Of a stretch of 64,000 nt of DNA, positions 1 to 10,239 are shown in pieces. Source of the stretch: Acidobacteriaceae bacterium (GTDB taxonomy: Bacteria; Acidobacteriota; Terriglobia; Terriglobales; Acidobacteriaceae); contig DATNAU010000198.1 of the NCBI GenBank assembly GCA_035572415.1, positions 26 to 64,025 of the forward strand, read 5' to 3'. Position numbers and translations under genes: made by a program. The notes under the pieces were generated by a model, which saw only the letters and a list, made by a program, of their open reading frames with translations, did not search any database and was not told where the DNA came from. Position 1 is the first letter of the stretch; every line of letters begins with the position of its first letter.

Positions 1-486
1 GCGATCAATACGCAGAACCAGGCCGGGCTCGACGCGAATGGCAATCCGGGCGGGGCGATCTTCAACCTCTCGGCGACGGTGTCCGGCGCAGCCTCCGCAA
101 TTTCGCTCTCGACGAATAGTCCCAATGCGATCGCGGCGGCGGCCGCAGGCGAAGGCCCAACCGGAAGCACCAATGCGGGCGCTCTGGGTGCGCTTGCGAA
201 TTCCAACCTCGGCAATGGGCAGACCGCCAGCGGCTTCTTCACCTCATTCCTCACGCAGCTGGGCAGCCAGGTGGCGCAGGCACAACAGGAAAACGCCACC
301 CGGCAGGCATCGTTGACACAGCTCACCACGCAGCAGAGCGCACAATCCAGCGTTTCGCTGGACCAGGAAGCGGCGAACCTTAGTCTTTATGAGCGGTCGT
401 ACGATGCGGCAGCAAAGGTATTTACGATCGTTGATCAATTGATGGCCGTAGCGCTGAACCTCGGTGAGGAGAGCACCGTCAGCTAG
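1..486 (+). CDS. flgK: flagellar hook-associated protein 1 (FlgK), C-terminal part; 5' end lies outside the window
   Basis: Frame 1 is open from base 1 to the TAG at 484-486. The C-terminal helix SVSLDQEAANLSLYERSYDAAAKVFTIVDQLM is the conserved FlgK/flagellin-type C-terminal segment. flgL follows directly. Confidence 0.8.
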   Translation, partial: AINTQNQAGLDANGNPGGAIFNLSATVSGAASAISLSTNSPNAIAAAAAGEGPTGSTNAGALGALANSNLGNGQTASGFFTSFLTQLGSQVAQAQQENATRQASLTQLTTQQSAQSSVSLDQEAANLSLYERSYDAAAKVFTIVDQLMAVALNLGEESTVS

Positions 487-525
487 TCGCCAAAGCGAAC
501 CGGCGCCCCCAGAAAGGATACCGAT

Positions 526-1425
526 ATGCGAGTCGATCCACACTACGTCACCAGTCTCGTCGCGTCGCTTTCAAGCTCGACGGCCGCCGAGCAGAAGCTG
601 ACGACCGAACTCTCTTCCGGTCTTCGTGTCGCGTCGCTCGCGGACGATCCTGTCGCCGCAGGCGAGGCTTCGATGCTCAATGCCTCCATCGCGCAGGACG
701 ACACATTCATCCAAACCGCGGCTACCGCGCAGAGCCTGATGCAGGTCACCGATGCGGCGCTTGGCAGTGTCGTAACGCAGCTCACCTCGGCAATCTCCGC
801 CGCAACCGGCGGCGTCAACGGCACGGAAAGTTCCGCCGACCTGAAATCGCTGGCGCAGTCCATCTCAGGGATTCGCGACCAGGTGCTGTCGCTGGCCAAC
901 ACCAGTTATCAGGGCACCTACATCTTCGCGGGAAGCCAGGGGGTTACGCAGCCGTTCACGCTGGACAGCAACACTTCACCGGCGATTGTTACTTACCACG
1001 GCGATGCGCAGACCGGCTCCGTCACCACCGAAACCGGGCAGCAAATTTCCACTGGGATTGCAGGGTCAGCCATTTTTACGGCTCCTGGCGCAGACGTCAT
1101 GGTAGCGCTGAACAATCTCATCGCAGACTTCGCCTCTGGCAGTCCGAGTCCCACCTCAACCAGCGACCTTGCTGCATTGCAGAACGCCCTTGGCAATGTC
1201 TCCCAGCAGCGCAGCGCACTGGACTCCGCACTCAGCCGCATCAACTCCGCAAGCAGTTACGCGCAGACCGACGCAACCAATCGCAGCGCCACGGCCGTGA
1301 GCCTCGTCTCGGCCGATCCGGCGCAGATCGCCACCCAGCTCTCCTCCGCCGAAACGCAGAACCAGGCGCTGATGTCGGTCATCGCCACCGTCGAAAAGCA
1401 GTCTCTATTCGATTACACGCAGTAG
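526..1425 (+). CDS. flgL: flagellar hook-associated protein 3 (FlgL, flagellin-like junction protein)
   Basis: 299 aa. Flagellin-type N-terminal helix (LSSGLRVASLADDPVAAGEASML...QSLMQVTDAAL) and C-terminal helix (ETQNQALMSVIATVEKQSLFDY). Sits immediately after flgK. Confidence 0.8.
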   Translation: MRVDPHYVTSLVASLSSSTAAEQKLTTELSSGLRVASLADDPVAAGEASMLNASIAQDDTFIQTAATAQSLMQVTDAALGSVVTQLTSAISAATGGVNGTESSADLKSLAQSISGIRDQVLSLANTSYQGTYIFAGSQGVTQPFTLDSNTSPAIVTYHGDAQTGSVTTETGQQISTGIAGSAIFTAPGADVMVALNNLIADFASGSPSPTSTSDLAALQNALGNVSQQRSALDSALSRINSASSYAQTDATNRSATAVSLVSADPAQIATQLSSAETQNQALMSVIATVEKQSLFDYTQ

Positions 1426-1667
1426 CGTCCCTCCGGATTCCGGCGGATGCAAGGTTTCGGCGGTGTGTGATATAGGTCAATAAGGACGGTGGCAGCATCA
1501 CTGGGAGCTGGCGCTCGCGTCATGTCCGCATGCGGGAGACAAGCGCTTCGCTTTGAGCCTGTCCTATCCAGACCTTGTTCAGTCGCAATCCTGCGACGGC
1601 CGGCTCAGCGTAAACGCCGCCTGCTTGTCGCTCGACCTTAGCGCTCGCTTCAAACGCATCCGCAATC

Positions 1668-2825
1668 ATGATGGATCAGCAATTGACAAGAAAGTCCGTG
1701 CCGCCGAACGGCCTTCCGGCCTTTGACCCGCGAGTGCATCTCGCCGCCATCGTCGATTCGGCTGACGATGCCATCATCAGCAAGAACCTCCATGGAGTTG
1801 TCACCAGCTGGAATGAGGGCGCCCGCAAGATATTTGGGTACACCGCGGACGAGATGATCGGGCACTCGATTCTCAAGCTGATTCCCAAAGAACTTCAACA
1901 CGAAGAAGACGAGATCCTGAACAAGATTCGCGCCGGCGAACGCATCGACCACTACGAGACGACCCGACAGAAAAAGTCAGGTGAGGCGGTTGAGGTCTCC
2001 GTCACCATCTCGCCGATCAAGGACTCGTCGGGCGCCGTGATTGGCGCCTCGAAGATCGCGCGCGACATCTCGGACAGGAAGCGCGTCGCAAGCCTTGTGC
2101 TGCAGGCGGAGAAGCTTGCCGCCACCGGCCGCATGGCTGCTTCCATCGCCCACGAGATCAACAATCCGCTGGAATCGTTGATGAACATCATCTACCTGGC
2201 GCGGATCTACAGCCAGAACGACAGCAAAGTCCACCAGTTGCTGCTCACGGCAGAGGGAGAAGTAGAGCGCGTTGCCCATATCGCTCGTCAGACGCTCGGC
2301 TACTACAAGGACACCTCCATTCCGGACGAGCTCCACATTCACGACCTTCTGGAAAATGTTCTGACCGTCTACAACTCCAAGATGCTCGCCGCCGGCATCA
2401 GCGTGGATAGCCGGTTCGATGATTCCAGAAAGATCGTCGTCAGCAAAGGAGAGATGCTGCAGGCCTTCTCCAACATAATTGCGAACGCCATTGACGCTAT
2501 GCCACATGGCGGCCGGCTTGCCGTGTCTGCGGTAGGAGTTTCGCAGCCATCGGGCGATGGAATAGAAATCGTTGTCCAGGATAGTGGCGGCGGCATCGAG
2601 CAGGAGAATCTCGCCAAAATCTTCGAGCCATTCTTTACGACGAAGGGAAGCCTTGGCACCGGTATCGGCTTGTGGGTCACGCGCCAGTTGATCGAAAAGC
2701 GCGGCGGGACGATCGACATGACCAGCAGTACCGCGCCCAGGATGTCCGGATCGACGTTAACCATTTTCATTCCCTATGCACTTCCTGTTGCTCTTACTGA
2801 AATTCCAGAACCGCAGCTTCGTTGA
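1668..2825 (+). CDS. PAS-domain sensor histidine kinase (cytoplasmic)
   Basis: 385 aa. PAS segment (IISKNLHGVVTSWNEGARKIFGYTADEMIGHSI), H-box SIAHEINNPL, and ATP-binding boxes (QDSGGGI, GTGIGLW). No transmembrane segment is evident. Confidence 0.9.
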   Translation: MMDQQLTRKSVPPNGLPAFDPRVHLAAIVDSADDAIISKNLHGVVTSWNEGARKIFGYTADEMIGHSILKLIPKELQHEEDEILNKIRAGERIDHYETTRQKKSGEAVEVSVTISPIKDSSGAVIGASKIARDISDRKRVASLVLQAEKLAATGRMAASIAHEINNPLESLMNIIYLARIYSQNDSKVHQLLLTAEGEVERVAHIARQTLGYYKDTSIPDELHIHDLLENVLTVYNSKMLAAGISVDSRFDDSRKIVVSKGEMLQAFSNIIANAIDAMPHGGRLAVSAVGVSQPSGDGIEIVVQDSGGGIEQENLAKIFEPFFTTKGSLGTGIGLWVTRQLIEKRGGTIDMTSSTAPRMSGSTLTIFIPYALPVALTEIPEPQLR

Positions 2826-2843
2826 AGGGCCGGGCTACATCCT

Positions 2844-3308
2844 ATGGTTTTGAGTATGCGAGCGGACGCCATCTACGCCACCGAAGAGTTTCCCAAAGGA
2901 CATGCGCCGTTTCCTGTGAGCTCCGAGGAAGGCGCGGAGCCACGGCGTGAGCGGCGGCGCGTTCTGGTCGTCGATGACCAGAGGCTCATTGCGGACACGC
3001 TGGCCGAAATTCTGGCGAATGAGGGATTCGAGGCAGTTGCAGCATATGACGGCTGGGAGGCACTGGAACAGGCTGCCCGCTTCCGGCCTGACTGGTTGCT
3101 CTCCGATGTCCTGATGCCACGCATGAACGGGGTGGAGCTGGCCATCGCGGTGCAGAAGAACTACCCTAAAACCGACATTCTGCTCTTCTCAGGTCAGGCA
3201 GGAATCTCGGAGATCCTCGAGGACGGCCACAGGCGCGGTTACCGGTTCGAACTCATGGCGAAACCGGTCCATCCACTCAAGCTGGTGGAACGGCTGAAGC
3301 GACCCTAG
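2844..3308 (+). CDS. single-domain (receiver-only) response regulator
   Basis: 154 aa. Receiver motifs RVLVVDDQ, LLSDVLMPRMNG and AKPVHP, with no output domain. About 38 aa precede the receiver. The alternative ATG at 2856 is possible. Confidence 0.85.
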   Translation: MVLSMRADAIYATEEFPKGHAPFPVSSEEGAEPRRERRRVLVVDDQRLIADTLAEILANEGFEAVAAYDGWEALEQAARFRPDWLLSDVLMPRMNGVELAIAVQKNYPKTDILLFSGQAGISEILEDGHRRGYRFELMAKPVHPLKLVERLKRP

Positions 3309-3376
3309 GCAAGAAAAGGCGAGTGGTATCAGCCAGCGCCACGTCTATGCGCGTTGGGGACGGCTATCTAGAGGAC

Positions 3377-4351
3377 TCACAGCTCCAGCCGGGAGTCCTC
3401 AATGGCCAAGCGGACGTTGCCATCGGATTTGGTGAGGCGTCGCACGGCCTCCATCTTATCGACGCCGGCTTTCAGCATTACGACGGCGATGGGGATCGAT
3501 TTGCCGGCGGACTTGATGGTGCGGATGGCGGTGTCGCGGTCGATGTTGCAGACCTTCATCAGCACGCGGATGCCGCGCTCGACGAGCTTGGCATTCTTCA
3601 TGTGCACGTTCACCATCAGGTTGTCGTACACGTAGCCGAGGCGCGTCATGGCGCCGGTGGTGATCATGTTGAGCACCATCTTCTGCGCTGTCGCGGCCTT
3701 CATCCGCGTGGAACCAGAGACGACCTCCGGGCCGACCTCAACGACGATGGTCGTGTCGGCCACGCGGGAGAGTGGCGTGCCTTGGTTCGACGTGATGGCG
3801 GCGGTGATGGCGCCGCGGGCGCGCGCGTATTCCACGGCACCAACGACATAGGGCGTGCTGCCGGAGGCAGAGACGCCGATGACGATGTCCTTGCGCGTGG
3901 GACGGCGGCGAGCGATGTCGCGCTGGCCGATCTCGGGCGAGTCTTCATTCACGTCGCTGGCGGAGGCGAGAGCCTTTGGGCCGCCGGCCATGATGTACTG
4001 CACCTGCGCGGGCAGGGTGGAGTAGCTGGGCGGGCACTCGGAGGCATCAAGCGCAGCAATACGGCCCGAAGAGCCGGCCCCGACGTAAATCAGGCGGCCG
4101 CCATCGCGCAGGGCGCGCGCAACGATGTCGATGACCACGGCGATCTCGGGTAGGGCCTTTTTGACCGCGGCGGCGATTTTTGCGTCTTCGTGGTTGATGA
4201 TGCGCGCGATCTCCAGCGCGGACTTGGTGTCGAGGCCGGCCGAGGCAGTGTTCGCGGTCTCGGTCGTCACATCGAGGTTGACCTCGGACATATGCGAGAG
4301 AGGCCTGGACGCGACGGACGGTTCAAGCATGGTAAGAGTAGCCATAAACAT
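3377..4351 (-). CDS. murQ: N-acetylmuramic acid 6-phosphate etherase
   Basis: SIS-domain protein that aligns by eye with E. coli MurQ along its length (GGRLIYVGAGSSGRIAALDASECPPS, SGSTRMKAATAQKMVLNMITT). Start is ambiguous; Met codons at 4351, 4345, 4330 and 4291 are all possible. Confidence 0.9.
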   Translation of the reverse strand: MFMATLTMLEPSVASRPLSHMSEVNLDVTTETANTASAGLDTKSALEIARIINHEDAKIAAAVKKALPEIAVVIDIVARALRDGGRLIYVGAGSSGRIAALDASECPPSYSTLPAQVQYIMAGGPKALASASDVNEDSPEIGQRDIARRRPTRKDIVIGVSASGSTPYVVGAVEYARARGAITAAITSNQGTPLSRVADTTIVVEVGPEVVSGSTRMKAATAQKMVLNMITTGAMTRLGYVYDNLMVNVHMKNAKLVERGIRVLMKVCNIDRDTAIRTIKSAGKSIPIAVVMLKAGVDKMEAVRRLTKSDGNVRLAIEDSRLEL

Positions 4352-4565
4352 TCCTTGCCTGGATCACATTATTTTAGACGCTTGATCGGGTTAGATGCCA
4401 TCAACTCGGCGTTCGGTCAACCGGCAACGCTGCATCCCCTTTGTCAAAAGACTGTCACGCATCTTTCCAAAGATCAGCGACGTGCGCTTGGCGTGGCAAC
4501 GGGTACTCGTTGCGAATGACTGCTCAGGTTGGGAGGGTGTATTACCAGCCGATACTGAATGTACC

Positions 4566-5660
4566 ATGCTTGAGATGAAAATCCAAAGGATTCTGCGAGC
4601 TACGGGCCTGGCTGCCGCGCTTGGCGTTCTTTCGTGTGCGTTTGTTAATGCTCAACAGGCGTCGGTTAGCGGATCTGCAGCGGCTATCGTCAATGCCACG
4701 GACTCCGCGCTTCAATCGCGACTGCGCGAGATCGCCGCCGCTCACCATGGCAAAGTGGCGCTTTACGCGACGCAGCTCAACACGGGGCGCACGGTGGCGT
4801 TGGATGCAGACACGGCGGTGCAGACGGCGTCAGTAATCAAGTTGACGATTCTCTTCGAGGCGATGGAGCAGGTGCGTGCCGGTAAGGCGCACTGGGACGA
4901 CAAGATTGTGCTGCAGCCGGGCGATGCGGTGTCGGGATCGGGTGTGCTGCTGTTCCTCGATGCGCCGCAAACACTCACATTGAAGGATGACCTGACGCTC
5001 ATGATAGTGATGAGCGACAACGTGGCGACCAATCTCGCGATGGACCAACTGGGCCTGGATGCGATCAACGCACGCATCGCGTGGATGGGGCTGAAGGATA
5101 CGCACCTGTACAAGAAGATCGGCAAGCCTGCAACGGAGCCGATGCCGGCGGATCAGCCGAAGTTCGGGCTGGGCAAGACGACGCCGCGCGAGATGGCCGA
5201 GGTGATGGAGCGGATTGGGTTATGCGAACTGGAGCGGCCGGGGCGGCTAAGTGCCCTTAACCCAACTCCCGTCTCAGGACAGGATGCGGCGATCTGCGGC
5301 GTCGCGCTGAAGATGCTGCGCAATCAGTTCTACCGGGACACCATTCCCCGATATCTGGAAAAGCTGGACTCGACCGAGACGGGGTCGGGAACGGCGAGTA
5401 AGACGGGAAGCCTGAATGCGGTGCGGAATGACGTAGCGATTGTCGCAGGAAAATCCGGGCCGCTGGTGATTTCCGCGTTTACATACGAAAATCAAGATAC
5501 GGGCTGGACGGCCGACAACGAGGGCGAACTGACGATCGCAAAGATGGCCAAGGCGATTGTGGACGCATGGTCGCCCGCGGGGATCGACGGCAAGATACTG
5601 GTGCCCGGGCTGGGATTGCGGCCGCTGAGTCCTGAAGCGAAGGCGGCTGCGTCTAAATGA
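4566..5660 (+). CDS. class A beta-lactamase-family serine hydrolase, secreted
   Basis: Signal peptide after the ATG at 4566 (MLEMKIQRILRATGLAAALGVLSCAFVNAQQ). S-x-x-K (SVIK), SDN (MSDNVATN) and KTG (SKTGS) motifs are present. The ORF-track start at 4395 is judged an upstream extension. Confidence 0.8.
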   Translation: MLEMKIQRILRATGLAAALGVLSCAFVNAQQASVSGSAAAIVNATDSALQSRLREIAAAHHGKVALYATQLNTGRTVALDADTAVQTASVIKLTILFEAMEQVRAGKAHWDDKIVLQPGDAVSGSGVLLFLDAPQTLTLKDDLTLMIVMSDNVATNLAMDQLGLDAINARIAWMGLKDTHLYKKIGKPATEPMPADQPKFGLGKTTPREMAEVMERIGLCELERPGRLSALNPTPVSGQDAAICGVALKMLRNQFYRDTIPRYLEKLDSTETGSGTASKTGSLNAVRNDVAIVAGKSGPLVISAFTYENQDTGWTADNEGELTIAKMAKAIVDAWSPAGIDGKILVPGLGLRPLSPEAKAAASK

Positions 5661-6316
5661 GTGTGGAAGGACGGAACGGGATGGACGAAAGGAATCCGGC
5701 AGAGCAGGGAAACGACGTTGCTGCATCTGTCGCGAATGAATCCAGCCCGGCTGTTTCTACTGCGCAGCCGGTTGCCCCCCGTTCTCGCCGGTGGCGTTTG
5801 GGTCTCGCTGTTGGGGTGCCGGCCTTTTTCCTCGATCTCATAGTCGCGGTACTCGTTTCCACGTTTATTATTCTGTTTCTCTATCAGCCGGTCCGCGTGG
5901 AAGGCACGAGCATGCTGCCGCAGTTGGAGGACCAGGATCGCCTGTTCATCGACAAGATCGCGTACAAGGTCGGTGAGATACACGAGGGCGATGTGGTGGT
6001 TTTTGAGTATCCGGGCGACCACTCGAAGAGCTACATCAAGCGTGTGATTGGGCTGCCGGGCGATCGGCTGCGCATCGATCATGGTCGCGTATACCTCAAC
6101 GGCAAGCGGTTGCAGGAGCCATATGTGCCGCTGCGGTTTGAAGACGACCGCTCGGTTTCGGAGATGGTGCTGCCGCCGCATGAGTACTGGATGATGGGCG
6201 ACCACCGCTCCATTTCATCGGACAGCCGGGACTTCGGGCCCGTGGACCGCTCGCTCATCTACGGCAAAGCCGTGTTTGTCTACTGGCCGATGGAGCAGGT
6301 GGGCGTGGTGCGGTAA
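5657..6316 (+). CDS. lepB: signal peptidase I
   Basis: Motifs GTSMLPQL (catalytic Ser), YIKRVIGLPGD (catalytic Lys) and GDHRSISSDSRDFGPV. ATGA overlap with the upstream gene suggests co-translation. Confidence 0.9.
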   Translation: MSVEGRNGMDERNPAEQGNDVAASVANESSPAVSTAQPVAPRSRRWRLGLAVGVPAFFLDLIVAVLVSTFIILFLYQPVRVEGTSMLPQLEDQDRLFIDKIAYKVGEIHEGDVVVFEYPGDHSKSYIKRVIGLPGDRLRIDHGRVYLNGKRLQEPYVPLRFEDDRSVSEMVLPPHEYWMMGDHRSISSDSRDFGPVDRSLIYGKAVFVYWPMEQVGVVR

Positions 6317-6433
6317 GGCCAAATCGGACGGCGGATTTCACCCATACGGCACCGCTTAGAAGTGGCGAAGGGCCAACGTCGCGAGACTTCCACTACAGGA
6401 TAAATAAACCAAACCCGCCCTCTTTCGCCCCGT

Positions 6434-6460
6434 ATCCGCGTTGATCCGTGAAATCCGTGG
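6434..6460. repeat. three direct ATCCGYG copies (family E) at a convergent gene junction
   Basis: ATCCGCG at 6434, ATCCGTG at 6444 and ATCCGTG at 6453, followed by GTGCTTTTAGTTTTA. Lies between the lepB and tpiA 3' ends. Confidence 0.7.
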
Positions 6461-6472
6461 GTGCTTTTAGTT

Positions 6473-7231
6473 TTATGCTGCTGAGTTGGCGACGATCTGA
6501 GAAAAGGATGCAGGCTCCAGGCTGGCCCCCCCGACGAGGGCACCGTCAATGTCCTCCAGGCAGCAAAGGGCAGAGGTGTTGTCCGGCTTGACGGATCCGC
6601 CGTAGAGGATACGTGTGCTCGCCGCGAGCGTGGGCGAGAGCGACTTTGCGATCTGCGCGCGGATGATACGGTGCGCATCGTCGGCGATTTCGGGCGTGGC
6701 AGTTTTCCCGGTGCCGATGGCCCAGACAGGTTCGTAGGCGATGACCAGCGGCTGCGCCTCTTCGGCGCTTATGCCGCTGAGCGCGATGGATGTCTGGCGT
6801 TCGAGGACTTCAGTCGTCTGGCCGGCCTCGCGCTCGGCGAGGTGCTCGCCAACGCAGACGATGGGTACGAGGCCGTGTCTGAGCGCGCTTTTGAGTTTGA
6901 GGTTCACGCTCTCGTCCGTCTCGTTGAAGTATTGGCGGCGCTCGGAGTGGCCGATGAGAACATGCGTCACGCCGAGCGCCTTAAGCTGCGGCGCGGAGGT
7001 TTCCCCGGTGTAGGCCCCCTGATCAAGCCAGTGCATGTTCTGTGCGGCAACGCGAACCGAGCTATTGCGGACGGCCTCAAGCACGGTGGGCAGCAGAACA
7101 GGCGACGGACACACGACGATCTCGGTCTCTTTGTGCTTGCCGACGAGTGGCACGAAGGCCTTGATGAAGGCGGCCGCCTCCTCAGGCGTCTTGTACATCT
7201 TCCAATTGGCGGCGATCAGCATCTTGCGCAT
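6473..7231 (-). CDS. tpiA: triosephosphate isomerase
   Basis: Motifs MRKMLIAANWKMYKT, IGHSERR and AYEPVWAIGTGKTAT. Start placed at the ATG at 7231 (MRKML) rather than the ORF-track 7264. Confidence 0.95.
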   Translation of the reverse strand: MRKMLIAANWKMYKTPEEAAAFIKAFVPLVGKHKETEIVVCPSPVLLPTVLEAVRNSSVRVAAQNMHWLDQGAYTGETSAPQLKALGVTHVLIGHSERRQYFNETDESVNLKLKSALRHGLVPIVCVGEHLAEREAGQTTEVLERQTSIALSGISAEEAQPLVIAYEPVWAIGTGKTATPEIADDAHRIIRAQIAKSLSPTLAASTRILYGGSVKPDNTSALCCLEDIDGALVGGASLEPASFSQIVANSAA

Positions 7232-7323
7232 AAAAAGTCCTTTGATTTGGTCGCGCAAATACACGCGAGTTCTGGTCTATCTAAAAAAATGTAGGCACCG
7301 CACTTGTCGCCACGGGCCGGAGC

Positions 7324-8532
7324 TTATCTCTCCGTAAGCGCCGCTACACCAGGCAGCAGCTTGCCTTCCAGGAACTCAAGGCTTGCGCCGCCGCCCGTCG
7401 AGATATGCGAGATGCGTTCCGCGACGCCGGCAGCCTGCACGGCGGCCACCGAATCTCCGCCGCCAACGACGCTGGTAGCTTCCTCATTGGCCGCGACTAA
7501 CGTAGCGATGGCGTTGGTGCCTTCAGCGAAGGGCGCAAGTTCGAAGACACCCATCGGGCCGTTCCACAAAATGGTGCGCGCGTCGGCGATCTCCTTCGCG
7601 AACAGGTCTACGGTTGCGCCCGCGATGTCCAGCCCCATCCATTCGGCGGGGAACGGGCCATCACCTGCAAAGGTCTGCGTCTTTGCGCCGGCGTCAAACT
7701 TGTCGGCGAGCACGTGATCGACAGGCAGGATCAGCTTCACGCCCTTCTTCTTCGCCTTCTCAAGCGCGGCCTTTGCGATGTCGATCTTGTCGGCCTCCAC
7801 GAGTGACTTGCCGGTGGTCTGCCCCAGCGCGTGCAGAAAGGTATACGCCATTCCGCCGCCGATGAGCAGCGTGTCGGCCTTGTCCAGCAGATTGTCGATG
7901 ACGTCGATCTTGCCGGAGATTTTGGAGCCGCCGATGATGGCGACGAACGGACGGTCGGGCTCGGTAAGGACTTTGCCCAGGAAGTTGAGTTCCTTCTCCA
8001 TCAGGAAGCCTGCCGCGGACTGCTTGACGTAGTGCGTTACGCCCTCGGTCGATGCATGGGCGCGGTGTGCACTACCGAAGGCGTCGTTCACGTAGACATC
8101 GCAGAGAGAGGCGAGCTGCTTTGCGAAGGCGGGGTCGTTGGCCTCCTCCTCGGGATGAAAGCGCAGGTTTTCCAGCAGCAGTGTCTGGCCGCTTTCCAAC
8201 TGGTTGGCCATCTCCTGCGCCACTTCGCCGACGCAGTCCGGCGAGAAGGCGACGTTTTCACCTTGATTCAACACATGGTCCAGCAGCGAACGCACGCGCG
8301 CGACCAGCGGCTTGAGGCTCATGGATTCCACTGGTTTGCCCTTGGGGCGGCCGAGGTGCGAACAGAGAATGACCTTGGCCTTGTGGCGTAACGCGTACTC
8401 GATCGTGGGGAGCGTTTCGCGGATGCGCGTGTCGTCGGTGATGACGCCGTCCTTCAGGGGAACGTTGAAGTCCACGCGGATAAGCACACGTTTGTGCTCG
8501 AGATCGAGGTCTCGTATGGATAGCTTGGGCAT
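7324..8532 (-). CDS. pgk: phosphoglycerate kinase
   Basis: Motifs [45 protein letters not shown] and [13 protein letters not shown]. Start at the ATG at 8532; the ORF-track 8658 is an extension. Confidence 0.95.
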   Translation of the reverse strand: MPKLSIRDLDLEHKRVLIRVDFNVPLKDGVITDDTRIRETLPTIEYALRHKAKVILCSHLGRPKGKPVESMSLKPLVARVRSLLDHVLNQGENVAFSPDCVGEVAQEMANQLESGQTLLLENLRFHPEEEANDPAFAKQLASLCDVYVNDAFGSAHRAHASTEGVTHYVKQSAAGFLMEKELNFLGKVLTEPDRPFVAIIGGSKISGKIDVIDNLLDKADTLLIGGGMAYTFLHALGQTTGKSLVEADKIDIAKAALEKAKKKGVKLILPVDHVLADKFDAGAKTQTFAGDGPFPAEWMGLDIAGATVDLFAKEIADARTILWNGPMGVFELAPFAEGTNAIATLVAANEEATSVVGGGDSVAAVQAAGVAERISHISTGGGASLEFLEGKLLPGVAALTER

Positions 8533-8633
8533 ATGAAACAGAATATGTTGTTTCCGCGGGATTTGGAAACCCTGCGCTATCGCCGGTGCAGGCAATCCGT
8601 ATCCCGCCAAACACGCAGCATCTATACTTAGAT

Positions 8634-10199
8634 ATGGCCCATGCACTCCCCGCCACACTTGGCGCGCTGCGCGCCAGCGAATTCACTCCGGCGCGTGTCG
8701 GCCGTTCCGTCAAGGACGAACTGCGCCAGAACCTCATCGCCCGCCTGCGCGCGATGGCCGCAGCGAAGGATGAGGATGCCACGCTGTTCCCGGGCATCGT
8801 TGGCTACGAGGACACGGTTGTGCCGCAGCTGGTCAACGCAGTGCTTTCGCGTCACAACTTCATTTTGCTCGGTCTGCGCGGGCAGGCGAAGTCGCGGATC
8901 CTGCGCGCACTGACTACGCTGCTCGATCCTGCAGTTCCTGCGGTGGCGGGCTCAGAGGTGCGCGACAATCCTTATGCTCCGATCTCGAAATTCTCACGCG
9001 ACCTGATCGCGAAGCTCGGCGACGAGACGCCCATCGCGTGGCTGACGCCGAATGATCGCTATGTCGAGAAGCTGGCGACGCCGGATGTGACGGTCGCGGA
9101 CCTGATCGGCGATGTCGATCCCATCAAGGCCGCGCGGTCCAATCAGGACCTCGGCAGCGAACTTACCATGCACTATGGACTGCTGCCGCGCGCCAACCGC
9201 GGCATCTTCGCCATCAACGAACTGCCGGACCTCGCAGGCAAGATACAGGTCGCGCTGTTCAACATCATGCAGGAAGGCGACGTGCAGATTAAGGGCTATC
9301 CGGTGCGCCTGCCCCTGGACCTGGCGATTGTGTTTTCCGCGAACCCGGAGGACTATACCGCGCGCGGCAAGATTGTGACGCCTTTAAAGGACCGCATCGG
9401 TTCCGAGATTCGTACGCACTATCCGGAGAATATTGAAGAGGGTATCCGCATTACGGCGCAGGAGGCGTGGACGGAGCGGGGAACGAAATCCCCGAAGGCG
9501 GCGAAGAGCGGGCTGGAGATTCCGCAGTACGTACGGCAGATTGTGGAGCAGATCGCCTTCACGGCCCGCGAAGAGAAAAAGGTGGACAAGCGCTCCGGTG
9601 TTTCCCAACGGCTGCCAATCACAACCATGGAACTTGTCGTCTCCAACGCAGAGCGGCGCGCGCTGCTGCATGGCGAGGAGCTTGCCGTTGCGCGCGTGGG
9701 CGACATCTACGCGGCGCTGCCCGGCATCACGGGCAAGATCGAGCTGGAGTACGAGGGGGAAGTGCGCGGCGCGGATACAGTGGTGCGCGACATTATTCGT
9801 ACCGCGGTGGCGCATGTCTTCGATCTTTATTTCGCGGAGACGAACACGCAGCAGATCGAGCAGTGGTTCAACCTCGGCGGCACGGTGCAGCTGAATGACG
9901 CGCAGCCCTCCGCGGCTTCGCTCGCGGAACTGAAGCAGATTCAGGGGCTGTTTGAAAAGCTGGCGCCGCTGAGTATCGATGCGAAGTCCCGGCCGGAGAC
10001 GGCAGTGAGCGCGGCGGAATTCCTTCTGGAGGGCATGTATGCGCACAAGCGGTTGAGCCGCAGCGAGGAACGCAGCTTTTCCGCTGGAGAGCGGAAGCAG
10101 CGCATCGAGGAAGCTGCGCGCTACTCCGAACGCATCCGTGAGCGTGAAGCGGAACGCGAGGACTACACGCGGTCGCGCACACGGCGTGGGTTCAACTGA
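8634..10199 (+). CDS. AAA+ ATPase of the Mg-chelatase ChlI / MoxR-like type (often annotated 'sigma-54 interaction domain' protein)
   Basis: About 520 aa. Walker A-like [11 protein letters not shown] and Walker B-like [11 protein letters not shown]. The pattern [26 protein letters not shown] is typical of ChlI-like ATPases, and the C-terminal tail is charged. Family assignment is from memory. No VWA partner gene lies nearby. Confidence 0.7.
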   Translation: MAHALPATLGALRASEFTPARVGRSVKDELRQNLIARLRAMAAAKDEDATLFPGIVGYEDTVVPQLVNAVLSRHNFILLGLRGQAKSRILRALTTLLDPAVPAVAGSEVRDNPYAPISKFSRDLIAKLGDETPIAWLTPNDRYVEKLATPDVTVADLIGDVDPIKAARSNQDLGSELTMHYGLLPRANRGIFAINELPDLAGKIQVALFNIMQEGDVQIKGYPVRLPLDLAIVFSANPEDYTARGKIVTPLKDRIGSEIRTHYPENIEEGIRITAQEAWTERGTKSPKAAKSGLEIPQYVRQIVEQIAFTAREEKKVDKRSGVSQRLPITTMELVVSNAERRALLHGEELAVARVGDIYAALPGITGKIELEYEGEVRGADTVVRDIIRTAVAHVFDLYFAETNTQQIEQWFNLGGTVQLNDAQPSAASLAELKQIQGLFEKLAPLSIDAKSRPETAVSAAEFLLEGMYAHKRLSRSEERSFSAGERKQRIEEAARYSERIREREAEREDYTRSRTRRGFN

Positions 10200-10239
10200 G
10201 CACTCCGCAACGCGTGAACTCAACCGATAGAATTGAAGC

